Shown piece by piece: positions 28,993 through 38,100 of a stretch of 64,000 nt of DNA. Location: NCBI GenBank assembly GCA_050015075.1, contig JBEKCB010000001.1, positions 128,001 through 192,000 of the forward strand, given 5' to 3'. The notes beneath the pieces were generated by a model. The model saw nothing but the letters and a program-made list of their open reading frames with translations. It was not told the DNA's origin and searched no databases. The position numbers and the translations under genes are program-made. Origin of the DNA: Candidatus Brocadiia bacterium (GTDB lineage Bacteria; Planctomycetota; Brocadiia; CAIUPP01). Every line of letters begins with the position of its first letter. Positions within the stretch are counted from its first letter, which is position 1.

Positions 28993-29357
28993 TCCTCTTC
29001 CTCCGCGTTGTCGCTGGCTGGGGGCTCCGGCTCGCCTTTGGATGTCCGTTTCTGGCGCGCGGCGTCGCGCTTCGTGCGGTACCGGTCTTCGATCTTGTGG
29101 AGCTGTTTCTCGATCTTCGCGACCGCCTCGTCAATCGCCGCGTACATGTCGTGCGATTCGCTCTTGGCGACCATCTCGCCGTGCTTGCGGACCGAGGCGA
29201 TGATCTCGGCGATCTGGCGGCCCGGCTCGATGCTCAGGGTGATCTTCACGTGCATCAGGTGCTGGCTCAGCGCCTCGAGCTTCTCCGCGCGCTGCCGCGC
29301 GTGATCGCGCATGGCGTCCGTCACCGCGACGTGGCGACCGGAAATTGTCACATCCAC
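28989..29357 (-). CDS. hpf: ribosome hibernation promoting factor (HPF/RaiA)
   Basis: TISGRHVAVTDAMR...DMYAAIDEAVAKIEKQL. Confidence 0.88.
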   Translation of the reverse strand: MDVTISGRHVAVTDAMRDHARQRAEKLEALSQHLMHVKITLSIEPGRQIAEIIASVRKHGEMVAKSESHDMYAAIDEAVAKIEKQLHKIEDRYRTKRDAARQKRTSKGEPEPPASDNAEEEE

Positions 29358-29435
29358 CGGCGTCCCTCCCGAAACCGGACCGCGGCCCCTGCGCAATTGG
29401 AACAGTCCTCTTGCGTCCTGCCAGATGGGCTTTTC

Positions 29436-29465
29436 ATTATAGGCCAGCGCGCGGGAAGGTGTCAA
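29436..29465 (-). promoter_or_regulatory. sigma70 promoter for hpf-ptsN-ptsH
   Basis: Minus strand TTGACA-18 nt-TATAAT. Confidence 0.7.
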
Positions 29466-29467
29466 AC

Positions 29468-29527
29468 AATGCCGAATGCAGATTGCCGAATGCCGAATGC
29501 TGATGAACGATTGAAGGAGGAATGACG
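29468..29527. repeat. heptamer (GAATGCC) repeat, single arm
   Basis: AATGCCGAATGCAGATTGCCGAATGCCGAATGCTGATG...GAAGGAGGAATGACG; related to the arms at 36877 and 40019. Confidence 0.65.
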
Positions 29528-29551
29528 GCGTGAACTTGCGTCGGCGCCAAG

Positions 29552-29580
29552 TTGACCGCGCGGGGCGCGCCTGATAGTAT
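29552..29580 (+). promoter_or_regulatory. sigma70-type promoter for glyQ
   Basis: TTGACC-17 nt-TAGTAT. Confidence 0.55.
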
Positions 29581-29620
29581 GCGGGCCGCGCGTGAATCGG
29601 GCTTGCGGACGCGGTTCGCT

Positions 29621-29695
29621 CCTAAGAAAATGCGCGCCGGCGCGCATTTTCTATTGATGCACCAGCCGCGCAGCCGTTGGCGCGGCTAATGTGCT
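29621..29695. mobile_element. 75-bp two-hairpin MITE-like element in the glyQ leader
   Basis: Second copy of 28069-28144; also preceded by TTCGCT and ending in GTGCT. Confidence 0.65.
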
Positions 29696-29706
29696 GGGGT
29701 AAAGGC

Positions 29707-30630
29707 ATGAACTTCCAGGACCTGATCTTGTCGCTCACTCGGCACTGGGCCGACTACGGCTGCGTGGCGCTGCAGCCGTACGACATGGAGAAAGGCGCCG
29801 GCACGTTCAACCCGGCCACGTTCCTGCGCGCGCTCGGGCCGGAGCCGTGGCGGGCGGTGTATGTCGAGCCCTCGCGCCGGCCGGCGGACGGGCGCTACGG
29901 CGAGAACCCGTTCCGCGTCCAGATGCATCACCAGCTCCAGGTGCTCCTGAAGCCCGCCCCGCGCGACGCGCAGAAGATCTACCTCGACAGCCTCCGCGCG
30001 ATCGGCGTGGACATCGTCGCGCACGACGTGCGGTTCATCGAGGACGACTGGGAATCGCCCACGCTGGGGGCCACCGGGCTCGGCTGGCAGGTGTGGCTCG
30101 ACGGGCTGGAGATCACGCAGTACACCTACTTCCAGCAGGTCGCCGGCTTCGCGTGCGACCCGGCGTGCGTCGAGTACACCTACGGCCTCGAGCGCATCGC
30201 CATGGCCGTCCAGGGCAAGGCCAGCCTCTTCGACCTCGACTGGGGCAACGGCCTGACCTATGGCGACTTGCGCAAGCGCGAGGAGTACGAGTGCTCGAAG
30301 TACAACTTCGAGGAGGCCGACGTGGAGACGCTGCGGCGGCTGTTCGAGGTGTACGAGAAGGAATGCGTGCGGCTGGCGGAGCTGGGGCTGGTCATGCCCG
30401 CGTACGACTTCGTCATGAAGTGCTCGCACACGTTCAATCTGCTGGACGCGCGCCGGGCGATCAGCGTCAGCGAGCGCACCGCGGTCATCACGCGGGTCCG
30501 CCGCCTGGCCCGCAAAGTCGCCGAGGCGTTCCTCAAGCAGCGCGAGGAGATGGGGTTTCCGCTGTTGAAACAGGCCGGTCTGCGCCCAGCCGCCGCCGCG
30601 CCGACAGGTCAAGAAACACCGTCCGCCTGA
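29707..30630 (+). CDS. glyQ: glycine-tRNA ligase alpha subunit
   Basis: [56 protein letters not shown]. Confidence 0.95.
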   Translation: MNFQDLILSLTRHWADYGCVALQPYDMEKGAGTFNPATFLRALGPEPWRAVYVEPSRRPADGRYGENPFRVQMHHQLQVLLKPAPRDAQKIYLDSLRAIGVDIVAHDVRFIEDDWESPTLGATGLGWQVWLDGLEITQYTYFQQVAGFACDPACVEYTYGLERIAMAVQGKASLFDLDWGNGLTYGDLRKREEYECSKYNFEEADVETLRRLFEVYEKECVRLAELGLVMPAYDFVMKCSHTFNLLDARRAISVSERTAVITRVRRLARKVAEAFLKQREEMGFPLLKQAGLRPAAAAPTGQETPSA

Positions 30631-30652
30631 CCCGATTCCGCGAAAGGCACTC

Positions 30653-31321
30653 ATGCCGACCTATCGCTGCCGAAAGACCAAAAGAGCGCCGGCTGTGGAT
30701 GGCGCGATTGACCCGAAGGTCTGGCGCCTGGCGCAACCGGTGCCGCTCGTCTTGGCCGATTCGGGCAAGCCGCCGCTGCAGCCGACCGAGGCGCGGATGC
30801 TCTACGACGACGATTTTCTCTACGCGGCGTTCCATTGCGTGGATTCCGACGCCTGGGCCGCGCTGCCGAACCGCAATGACCCGCTCTGGCTCGAAGAGGT
30901 GGTCGAGGTCTTCCTGGACCCAACGCGCCGGCGGCGATGCTACGTCGAGATCGAGGTCTCGCCGCTGAACGTGATCTTCGAGGCGTACATCCTCAACGAC
31001 CCGCGCTGCCCGCCGCTCCAGGGGCTGACGCAATGGACCTGCCGCGGGCTGCGGACCGCCGTCCACGTCGAGCGCGAGATGACGCCGAGCGGGCGCGTGA
31101 CCAAATTCTGGAACTGCGAGATGGCGATCCCGTTCAACCAGTTGCCCGACGCGCCCCACGTGCCGCCGAAGCCCGGCGACCGCTGGCGCGCGAACCTCTA
31201 CCGGATTGACCGGTTGCCGCGGCTGGACGAGTATTCCGCCTGGTCGCCGCCCGGCATCCCCAAGTTTCACACGCCGGAGAAGTTCGGCGAGCTGCTCTTC
31301 CTGGCGGCCGGCTGCTCGTAG
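30653..31321 (+). CDS. carbohydrate-binding family 9-like (DOMON-like) protein
   Basis: VDG.ID..W, LYDDDFLY, EVVEVFLDP, EMAIPF, GDRWRANLYR, AWSP...FH.PE.FG.L. Confidence 0.8.
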   Translation: MPTYRCRKTKRAPAVDGAIDPKVWRLAQPVPLVLADSGKPPLQPTEARMLYDDDFLYAAFHCVDSDAWAALPNRNDPLWLEEVVEVFLDPTRRRRCYVEIEVSPLNVIFEAYILNDPRCPPLQGLTQWTCRGLRTAVHVEREMTPSGRVTKFWNCEMAIPFNQLPDAPHVPPKPGDRWRANLYRIDRLPRLDEYSAWSPPGIPKFHTPEKFGELLFLAAGCS

Positions 31322-31370
31322 TGTGCCCGTCAGAGCATACGAAGCAGCGCCTGACGGCGCCACTACAAGC
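31311..31370 (+). repeat. GTAG-type REP-like element (supplies the stop codon of the upstream CDS)
   Basis: GCTGCTCGTAGTGTGCCCGTCAGAGCATACG...GGCGCCACTACAAGC. Confidence 0.8.
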
Positions 31371-31372
31371 TG

Positions 31373-31825
31373 CTACCCCACGAGCACCTTCACGACCACT
31401 TTCTTCACCGGCCGTGGCTCCTTGATGGCCACGTCGGGCATGTGGCCGTCGTGCGGCCAGAAGATGGCGAACGTTCCGGCCGGGACGGTGAAGAAGTCGC
31501 CCTTGCCCTTCAGCTTATGGAGGTCCTTTTCCACGTCGTATTCCGCGGTCGGCTTGAGCGCCCGCAGGTCCGCGCGGCCCATCCGCTCCGCGCCCTCGAG
31601 GATGTACTGCACGTCAATGTACCGCCGGTGCGCCTCCCAGAACGCCAGCTTCTTCGGCTTGGTCTCCAGGTTCAGGACGAGCGCGTACACGCTGTCGCCG
31701 TCCACCGGATGCCGGCCCGGCGCGAGGCCGGCGAAGTCGGTTTTCTGAAGGAAGTCGAGCGCCAGCGCCAACCGCGGGCTGATCGAACGATAAAGCGGCG
31801 CGCTGCGGAGTTCGTCGAGGATCAT
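31373..31825 (-). CDS. YhcH/YjgK/YiaL (NanQ-like) family protein
   Basis: MILD.L, WEAHRRYIDVQYIL.GAE, FAIFWP.DGHMP, VKKVVVKV. Confidence 0.88.
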   Translation of the reverse strand: MILDELRSAPLYRSISPRLALALDFLQKTDFAGLAPGRHPVDGDSVYALVLNLETKPKKLAFWEAHRRYIDVQYILEGAERMGRADLRALKPTAEYDVEKDLHKLKGKGDFFTVPAGTFAIFWPHDGHMPDVAIKEPRPVKKVVVKVLVG

Positions 31826-31864
31826 GGTACATCTCCTATAGAAAATGTTGAGCGCGTCAGCTTA

Positions 31865-31951
31865 TCGTCCTCGTCCTCGGCCTCGTCGTCGTCCTCGAAC
31901 TCCCGTTACGTACGGCCGAGGACGAGGACGACGACGAGGACGAGCACGATT
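31865..31951. repeat. CTCGTC/GACGAG hexamer hairpin element
   Basis: Same family as 8302-8389, 9062-9135 and 44908-44993. Confidence 0.75.
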
Positions 31952-32109
31952 AGCTCGCGCCGATCTGGCTTCTGCCTTGGCTCTGAAACCTTACCACGAG
32001 GCCGCGAGCGTTTCAACCGCAGCCGCAGCGCCGGCACGTTTGAAGATTGAACGTCGAACGGCTATGATAGGGTTTTAGCCGTGCCTCGCGGCGCGCAGGG
32101 AGACCACCC

Positions 32110-33214
32110 ATGGCGACGGGCGTTCCGGCGGCGTTGCAGACCCTCTCCGAGCGAGTCGAGACGCTCCGGAGGTCTCTTTGACTTGCCGGCGAAGGCCGCG
32201 CTGCGCGACAAGCTCGAAGCGCGCATGGCCGAGGCCGATTTCTGGACGAACCGAGAAGCCGCCCAGGCGACCGTCTCGGAGCTGAAGGCGCTCAAGGCGG
32301 TCATTGAGCCGCTCGACGAGATCGCCACCCGCCTGGAAGACCTCGAAGTCCTCGCCGAGATCGTCGAGGAGGACCCGTCCGCCGAGCCGGAACTGGTCAT
32401 CCAACTTGCCGAGACGGAGAAACTCGTCGCCGCGTTCGAGTTCCAGCGGATGCTCAGCGGCCCCGACGATTCCTTGAACGCCTACCTCGACGTGCACGCC
32501 GGCGCCGGCGGAACCGAGTCGTGCGACTGGACCGAGATGCTCCTGAGGATGTACCTGCGCTGGGCCGACCGCCGTGGATTCAAGACGGAGACCATTGACG
32601 TGATCGCCGGCGAGGAGGCCGGCCTCCGCCGTGCCACGCTCCACGTCATCGGCCGCTGGGCCTACGGCTACCTCAAGGCGGAAATCGGCGTCCACCGCCT
32701 GGTCCGCATCTCGCCCTTCGACGCCAACAAGCGCCGCCATACCTCTTTCGCCGCCGTGGACGTCACGCCCGAACTGCCCGAGGAGGCGGAAATCGCGATC
32801 AAGGAAGACGATCTCAAGGTGGATACGTTCCGCTCCGGCGGCGCGGGCGGGCAGCACGTCAACAAGACGGAGTCCGCCATCCGCATCACGCACATTCCCA
32901 GCGGCATCATCGTCCAGTGTCAGACCGACCGCTCGCAGCACAAGAACCGGCGGATCGCGATGAAGATGCTCATGGCCAAGCTTCACGCGGTGCAGGAATC
33001 GAAGCGGCAGGCGGACATTTCCGCGGCGTACGACGCCAAAGGCGAGGTCTCGTTCGGATACCAGATCCGGTCGTATGTCCTTCAGCCGTACCAGATTGTG
33101 AAGGATCTGCGCACCGATGTCGAGACCGGGAACGTCGAGGCCGTGCTCGACGGCGAGATTGACCAGTTCATCGAGCCGTACCTGAAGCAGCTCGCAGCAA
33201 AGAAACCAGGGTAG
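32110..33214 (+). CDS. prfB: peptide chain release factor 2 with programmed +1 frameshift
   Basis: ATG 32110 frame ends CGG AGG TCT CTT TGA C; the +1 frame has GVHRLVRISPF (SPF) and GGAGGQHVNKT (GGQ). Confidence 0.96.
32168..32182 (+). promoter_or_regulatory. prfB frameshift cassette (internal SD plus CTT TGA C)
   Basis: GGAGGTCTCTTTGAC. Confidence 0.92.
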
Positions 33215-33223
33215 GCGGTTTTC

Positions 33224-33320
33224 TTCACCACCAAGGCGCCAAGACGCCAAGTACGACGGAACTGAGAACTCTGAAACCTCTCTTCACCGTTCTTGGTGGC
33301 TTGGTGCCTTGGTGGTAAAA
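33224..33320. repeat. CACCAAG-type hairpin element
   Basis: CACCACCAAGGCGCCAAGACGCCAAG ... CTTGGTGGCTTGGTGCCTTGGTGGT. Confidence 0.75.
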
Positions 33321-33339
33321 CTTCGGGGTAGACGTCCGG

Positions 33340-34344
33340 ATGGAGACGAAGAACATATCGCTGCTCGGCGACGGCGGCTGGGGGACGGCGCTCGCGTGCC
33401 TGCTGGCCGGGAACGGCCACCGCGCGACCCTCTGGGGATTCTTCCCCGAGATCATCGCCGAGACGCGCCGCCTCCGCGAGAACCGGAACTTCCTGCCGGG
33501 CGTCCGCATCCCCGAAACCGTTCAAGTGACCGCCGATCTCTCCGAGGCGCTCCTCGGCGCGGACCTCGTCGTCTTCAGCACGCCGGTGCTCCATCTGCGC
33601 TCGGTCGCGGAGTCGGCCGCGCCGATCCTGAAGAAGGCGCCGCCGCGCCGCGTGATGACGGTGGCCAAGGGGATCGAACGCGACACGCTCCTCCGCGGCA
33701 GCGAGATCCTCCGGCAGGTCCTCGGAGTCGCCGACGTGGGCCTGCTCCTCGGCCCGAGTCACGCCGAGGAGGTCGCGCGGCGACTGCCCTGCTCGGTGGT
33801 CGCGGCCGCGGCGGACGAGACGTTCGCGCGCGAAATCCAGCGCGCGTTCATGAACGAGCGCTTCCGCGTCTATACGAGCACCGACACGACCGGCGTCGAG
33901 ATCGGTGCGGCCGTCAAGAACGTCATCGCCATCGCCGCCGGCCTCTGCGACGGGCTCGGCTTCGGCGACAACGCCAAGGCCGCCCTGCTCACCCGCGGGC
34001 TGGCGGAGATCACGCGCCTGGGCACAGCCATGGGCGCGCGGCGCGAGACGTTCTTCGGCCTGAGCGGGCTGGGCGACCTGATCACGACCTGCATCAGCCC
34101 TTACGGTCGCAACCTGAAGGTAGGACAGAAGATAGGCAAAGGGAAGAATCTCGAGGACGTCCTTGCCGAGATCGCGCCGATGGTGCCCGAAGGCGTGTGG
34201 ACCACGCGGGCGGTCTGCGCGCTGGCGGAGCGGCACCGCGTCGAGATGCCCATCGCGCAGGCGGTCCGCAGCGTGCTGTTCGAGAACAAACCCGCGCTGC
34301 TCGCGGCGCAGGCGCTCATGACCCGCGAGCCGAAGGCGGAATAA
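33340..34344 (+). CDS. gpsA: NAD(P)H-dependent glycerol-3-phosphate dehydrogenase
   Basis: LGDGGWGTAL, AKGIE, GPSHAEEV, KNVIAIAAG, GDNAKAALLTRG, GLGDLITTC.S..GRN. Confidence 0.95.
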   Translation: METKNISLLGDGGWGTALACLLAGNGHRATLWGFFPEIIAETRRLRENRNFLPGVRIPETVQVTADLSEALLGADLVVFSTPVLHLRSVAESAAPILKKAPPRRVMTVAKGIERDTLLRGSEILRQVLGVADVGLLLGPSHAEEVARRLPCSVVAAAADETFAREIQRAFMNERFRVYTSTDTTGVEIGAAVKNVIAIAAGLCDGLGFGDNAKAALLTRGLAEITRLGTAMGARRETFFGLSGLGDLITTCISPYGRNLKVGQKIGKGKNLEDVLAEIAPMVPEGVWTTRAVCALAERHRVEMPIAQAVRSVLFENKPALLAAQALMTREPKAE

Positions 34345-34345
34345 C

Positions 34346-34438
34346 GAAATGACAAAGTTCCAAGTTCCAATTCCCAATTTCCAAACGCGGGCCGTCCTGC
34401 GCAGATTGGACATTAGAAATTGGGATTTGGAAATTTCG
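34346..34438. repeat. heptamer (TTCCAAG/TTGGAAA) imperfect hairpin
   Basis: AAGTTCCAAGTTCCAATTCCCAATTTCCAAA ... TTGGACATTAGAAATTGGGATTTGGAAATT; single arm at 51478-51508. Confidence 0.65.
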
Positions 34439-34454
34439 GAGAAAGCTGAACAGA

Positions 34455-35834
34455 ATGCCCGAGCCGCTGATCCAGACCCACGATGACGCGATGCGCTTTC
34501 TTCTCGAATTCGTGGATTACGAGAAGGTGACGAAGTTCAAGTACGACCTGCGCACGTTCAACCTCGGGCGCGTCGAGGAGTTGATGGCGGCGGTCGGGAA
34601 CCCGCAGCGCGCGTTCCGCTCGATCCATATCGCCGGGACGAAGGGCAAGGGCTCGACGGCGGCGATGGCGCAGTCCATCCTCACCGCGGCCGGCTTCCGC
34701 ACCGGGCTGTACACCTCGCCGCACCTTTCCCGGATCGAGGAGCGGATGACCGTGGACGGCGAGATGATGCCGGAGGAGGAGTTCGTTCAGATTGTGAACG
34801 AGCTGGCGCCGTACACCCTGCGGCAGCGCGAGGAGCGCCCGAACGAGTCGCCGACCTTCTTCGAGCTGGTCACCGCCGCGGGCTTCCGCCATTTCGCCCG
34901 CCGCAAGGCGGAGTTGGCGGTGGTGGAGGTCGGCATGGGCGGCCGGCTCGACGCGACGAACGTCATCCGGCCGGAGGTCAGCGTGATCACGCGCGTGGAC
35001 TACGACCACGAGGAGCGCCTGGGCCACACGCTCGACCGGATCGCGTTCGAGAAGGCGGGCATCATCAAGCCGGGCGTGCCGGTCGTCTGCGCGCCGCAGG
35101 AGCCGGAGGCGCTGGCGGTCGTGGCGGAAACCGCCGAGCGGCGCGGCTCGCCCTGGGTGCGGATCGGGTCGGATTACCGGGTCGAGAACGTGCGGACCGG
35201 GCTCGACGCGCAGAAGGCGCCGTTCTGCCGGTTCGACCTGTCCGGGCGCGGCGGCGCGCACCGCGGCCTGGAGCTCCACATGCTCGGCGAGCACCAGGCG
35301 ACGAACGCGGCGTGCGCGGTGGCGGCGGTGGACCTCCTCGCGGAACGATGCGGGCTGAAGGTCGGCCCGGAGGCGGTGCGGCGCGGGCTGGATTCGGCGC
35401 GCAGCCCGGCGCGGCTGGAGGTCTTCGCCGGGGAACCGCTGGTGCTCCTCGACGGGGCGCATAACCCGATCTCGATGCGGGCGCTGTGCGCCGCGCTCGA
35501 CGGCGCCTTCGCGGGCGCGCGGCTGGTGCTGCTGATGGGCGTCTCGCGCGACAAGAACGTGGAGGAGATTTTCAAGCTCATCCTGCCGCGGGCGGCGGCG
35601 GTGATCTTCACGCGGTCGGACAGCCCGCGCGCGGCGGCGCCGCTGGCGCTGGCGGAACTGGCGCGCGACCTCTGCGGCGTCCGCGCCGAAATCTGCGAAG
35701 ACGCGCACCAGGCGCTCGACCGCGCCCGGGCGCTGGCGCGGCCGGACGACCTGCTCTGCATCACCGGATCGTTCTTCCTGGCGGGCATGCTCAGGCCCGC
35801 GCTGCTGGCCGGCGACGGGCCGGCGCGAGGCTGA
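34455..35834 (+). CDS. folC: bifunctional folylpolyglutamate/dihydrofolate synthase
   Basis: IHIAGTKGKGST, GLYTSPHL, EVGMGGRLDATN, EKAGIIK, LDGAHNP, ITGSFFL. Confidence 0.95.
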   Translation: MPEPLIQTHDDAMRFLLEFVDYEKVTKFKYDLRTFNLGRVEELMAAVGNPQRAFRSIHIAGTKGKGSTAAMAQSILTAAGFRTGLYTSPHLSRIEERMTVDGEMMPEEEFVQIVNELAPYTLRQREERPNESPTFFELVTAAGFRHFARRKAELAVVEVGMGGRLDATNVIRPEVSVITRVDYDHEERLGHTLDRIAFEKAGIIKPGVPVVCAPQEPEALAVVAETAERRGSPWVRIGSDYRVENVRTGLDAQKAPFCRFDLSGRGGAHRGLELHMLGEHQATNAACAVAAVDLLAERCGLKVGPEAVRRGLDSARSPARLEVFAGEPLVLLDGAHNPISMRALCAALDGAFAGARLVLLMGVSRDKNVEEIFKLILPRAAAVIFTRSDSPRAAAPLALAELARDLCGVRAEICEDAHQALDRARALARPDDLLCITGSFFLAGMLRPALLAGDGPARG

Positions 35835-35840
35835 CCGGCG

Positions 35841-36170
35841 ATGAAGACGATTCTCCTGCTCACCATCTCGAACATGTTCATGACGGTCGCCTGGTACGGT
35901 CACCTGCGGTTCAGGGAAAAGCCGCTTTTCGTGGTGATCGTCGTGAGCTGGCTGATCGCGTTCTTCGAGTACTGCTTCCAGGTCCCGGCGAACCGGATCG
36001 GCTCGTACCAGTTCGCCACGGCCCAGTTGAAGACCATCCAGGAGGTCATCACGCTGGTGGTGTTCTGCGTCTTCTCCGTGGTCTATCTCAAAGAGCCGCT
36101 GCGCTGGAATTACGTGGTCGGGTTCGCGTTCCTGCTGGGGGCGGTGTTCTTCGTATTCAAGAAGTGGTAG
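35841..36170 (+). CDS. DMT family (DUF486) small membrane protein
   Basis: SNMFMTVAWYGHL, SW.IAFFEYCFQVPANRIG, QLKTIQEVITL. Confidence 0.88.
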   Translation: MKTILLLTISNMFMTVAWYGHLRFREKPLFVVIVVSWLIAFFEYCFQVPANRIGSYQFATAQLKTIQEVITLVVFCVFSVVYLKEPLRWNYVVGFAFLLGAVFFVFKKW

Positions 36171-36261
36171 CGGGCGGATTTCGCGGGCGGCGCTTGCAAT
36201 CGCGGGCGCGGAGTGCTAATTAACCGTTCGGGGGCGGCGTCGGTTCCATTAAGAGAAGGGC

Positions 36262-36876
36262 ATGGAGATGCGCAAGACCGCGGCGATGGCGGCGTGCGGA
36301 TTGCTGGTCGCGTGCCTGGCCGGATGCAGGAGTTCGGCCCCGGCCGTTGCGGCGGAGCCGATGGCGGTGACCACGAGCCCGGACGAGCCCAAGTGGGTTT
36401 CGGAGGGCGCGGGCGCATTCCCTGAAGACGCCGGCAGGGCGTTTTACGGCGTCGGCATCGCCGGGGCCAACCGCTTCCCGGCGGATTCGTTCATGTTGCG
36501 CAAGACCGCCGCGCAACACGGGCGCCTGGAAGTCGCCGGACAGCTCCGGACCATGGTCGCGTCGGTGTTCATGGACTATGCCGCGGCCTGCTTCATTCCG
36601 GGGATGAAGCAGGACGAAATGGACAGCATGAGCGAGAACGTGCAGGAGTCCGTCTCGGAGGCGGTGCTCCTGGGCGCGGAGCCGACCGCCTCGTGGAAGG
36701 ACCCGCAGACCGGCGCGATGTACGTGCTCATCAAGCTCAGCATGGACGACGTAGCCAAGCAGATCCGTGAAAACATCATCGCGGCCGAGGACGGCGAGCT
36801 CAACATGGATGCCACCGCGGCACACCAGGCGCTGGACGGCATCATCGAGAAGAACCGCCAGCGGCCGGTCAAATAA
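36262..36876 (+). CDS. LPP20-like lipoprotein
   Basis: Lipobox LAGC; P.WV..G, FYGVG.A, W.DP.TG.MYVL. Confidence 0.65.
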   Translation: MEMRKTAAMAACGLLVACLAGCRSSAPAVAAEPMAVTTSPDEPKWVSEGAGAFPEDAGRAFYGVGIAGANRFPADSFMLRKTAAQHGRLEVAGQLRTMVASVFMDYAAACFIPGMKQDEMDSMSENVQESVSEAVLLGAEPTASWKDPQTGAMYVLIKLSMDDVAKQIRENIIAAEDGELNMDATAAHQALDGIIEKNRQRPVK

Positions 36877-37024
36877 TTGCCGAAGGCCGATTGCTGATTG
36901 CCGAATGATGTGGAAGGAAGAATGACGATTGATGGGCGATCAGGGCGTTTTCAGCCCGATTCGCCCACCCTTCTTCATTCACTCCTTCAACATCATTCGG
37001 CAATCGGCGTTCGGCCTTCGGCAT
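36877..37024. mobile_element. 'empty' heptamer-arm hairpin element related to the four-helix-bundle element
   Basis: GATTGCCGAATGATGTGGAAGGAAGAATGACGA matches 40038-40070 at 31/33; inverted arm at 36983-37023. Confidence 0.65.
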
Positions 37025-38099
37025 TATCTTTTTGTGTCTGGTGGCGCTGGGCGAACATCTTCGGGTCGGTGCAGTAGGTCAGCGCGGTGTCGTAGCTGAT
37101 CTCGCCCTGCTCGTAGAGCGCCATCAGGCAGGAATCCATGGACTGCATTCCCTCGCGCACGCCGAACTGCATGACGTTGACGAGCTGGTGGAACTCGTGG
37201 TCGCGGATGTGGGTGCGGGCGGCGGTGTTGATGATGAGCACCTCGCAGGCGAGGATGCGGCGGGTCTTGTCGGCCGAGGGGACCAGCCGCTGGGCGACGA
37301 TCCCGTGCAGGCAGTTGGCCAGTTGCGAGATGACCTGCGCCTGCTGCGTGGCGGGGAAGACGGACATGATGCGCTCCATCGTCTGGAGCGAGTTGGGCGT
37401 GTGCAGCGTGGCGATGACCAGGTGGCCGGTCTCGGCGGCGGTGAGCGCGGTGGCGGTCGTCTCGTAGTCGCGCATCTCGCCCACGCAGATCACGTCCGGG
37501 TTCTGGCGCAGCACGTGGATCAGCGCGGAGGAGAACGACTTCACGTCGGTGTAGAGTTCCTGCTGGATGATGATCGCCTTCTTGCGCTCGTGGACGTACT
37601 CGATCGGGTCCTCGATGGTGATGATCTTGCAGCGGCGCTCGCTGTTGATCAGGTCAATCATGTAGTTAAGCGTGGTGGTCTTGCCGGAGCCGGTCGGGCC
37701 GGTGACCAGGACCAGCCCGCTGGGGAAGCGGGTGAACCGGTCCACCGCCTCGGGCAGGGCGAGCTGCGCGCGCGATTTGATCTCCTTGTTGCACATGCGG
37801 ATGGCCAGTTCCGGGTTGCCGCCGTGGTAATAGACCGAGACGCGCATGCGGCCGTAGTCCTCGGAAAAGACCGAGCAGCAGAGTTGCCACTCGCGCTCGA
37901 AGGTCTTGATCTGCTCCTCGTTCAGCAGGCCGTAGACGAGGCGCTTGGTGTCCTCGCGCGAGAGCGGCGGCGCGCTGGCGAGGATGATCTCGCCGTTGAT
38001 GCGGAAGGTCGGCGGCAGCCCGGCGACGATGTGAATGTCCGAGGCCTCCGTCTTGCGCGCGAGCCGGAAAACGCGGGCCATATCCTCGGAGATCGGCAT
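36993..38099 (-). CDS. pilT: type IV pilus retraction ATPase PilT/PilU family
   Basis: ASDIHI, GLVLVTGPTGSGKTTTL, ITIEDPIEY, LRQNPDVI.VGEMRD.ET, AETGHLVIATLHT. Confidence 0.9.
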   Translation of the reverse strand: MPISEDMARVFRLARKTEASDIHIVAGLPPTFRINGEIILASAPPLSREDTKRLVYGLLNEEQIKTFEREWQLCCSVFSEDYGRMRVSVYYHGGNPELAIRMCNKEIKSRAQLALPEAVDRFTRFPSGLVLVTGPTGSGKTTTLNYMIDLINSERRCKIITIEDPIEYVHERKKAIIIQQELYTDVKSFSSALIHVLRQNPDVICVGEMRDYETTATALTAAETGHLVIATLHTPNSLQTMERIMSVFPATQQAQVISQLANCLHGIVAQRLVPSADKTRRILACEVLIINTAARTHIRDHEFHQLVNVMQFGVREGMQSMDSCLMALYEQGEISYDTALTYCTDPKMFAQRHQTQKDNAEGRTPIAE

Positions 38100-38100
38100 G

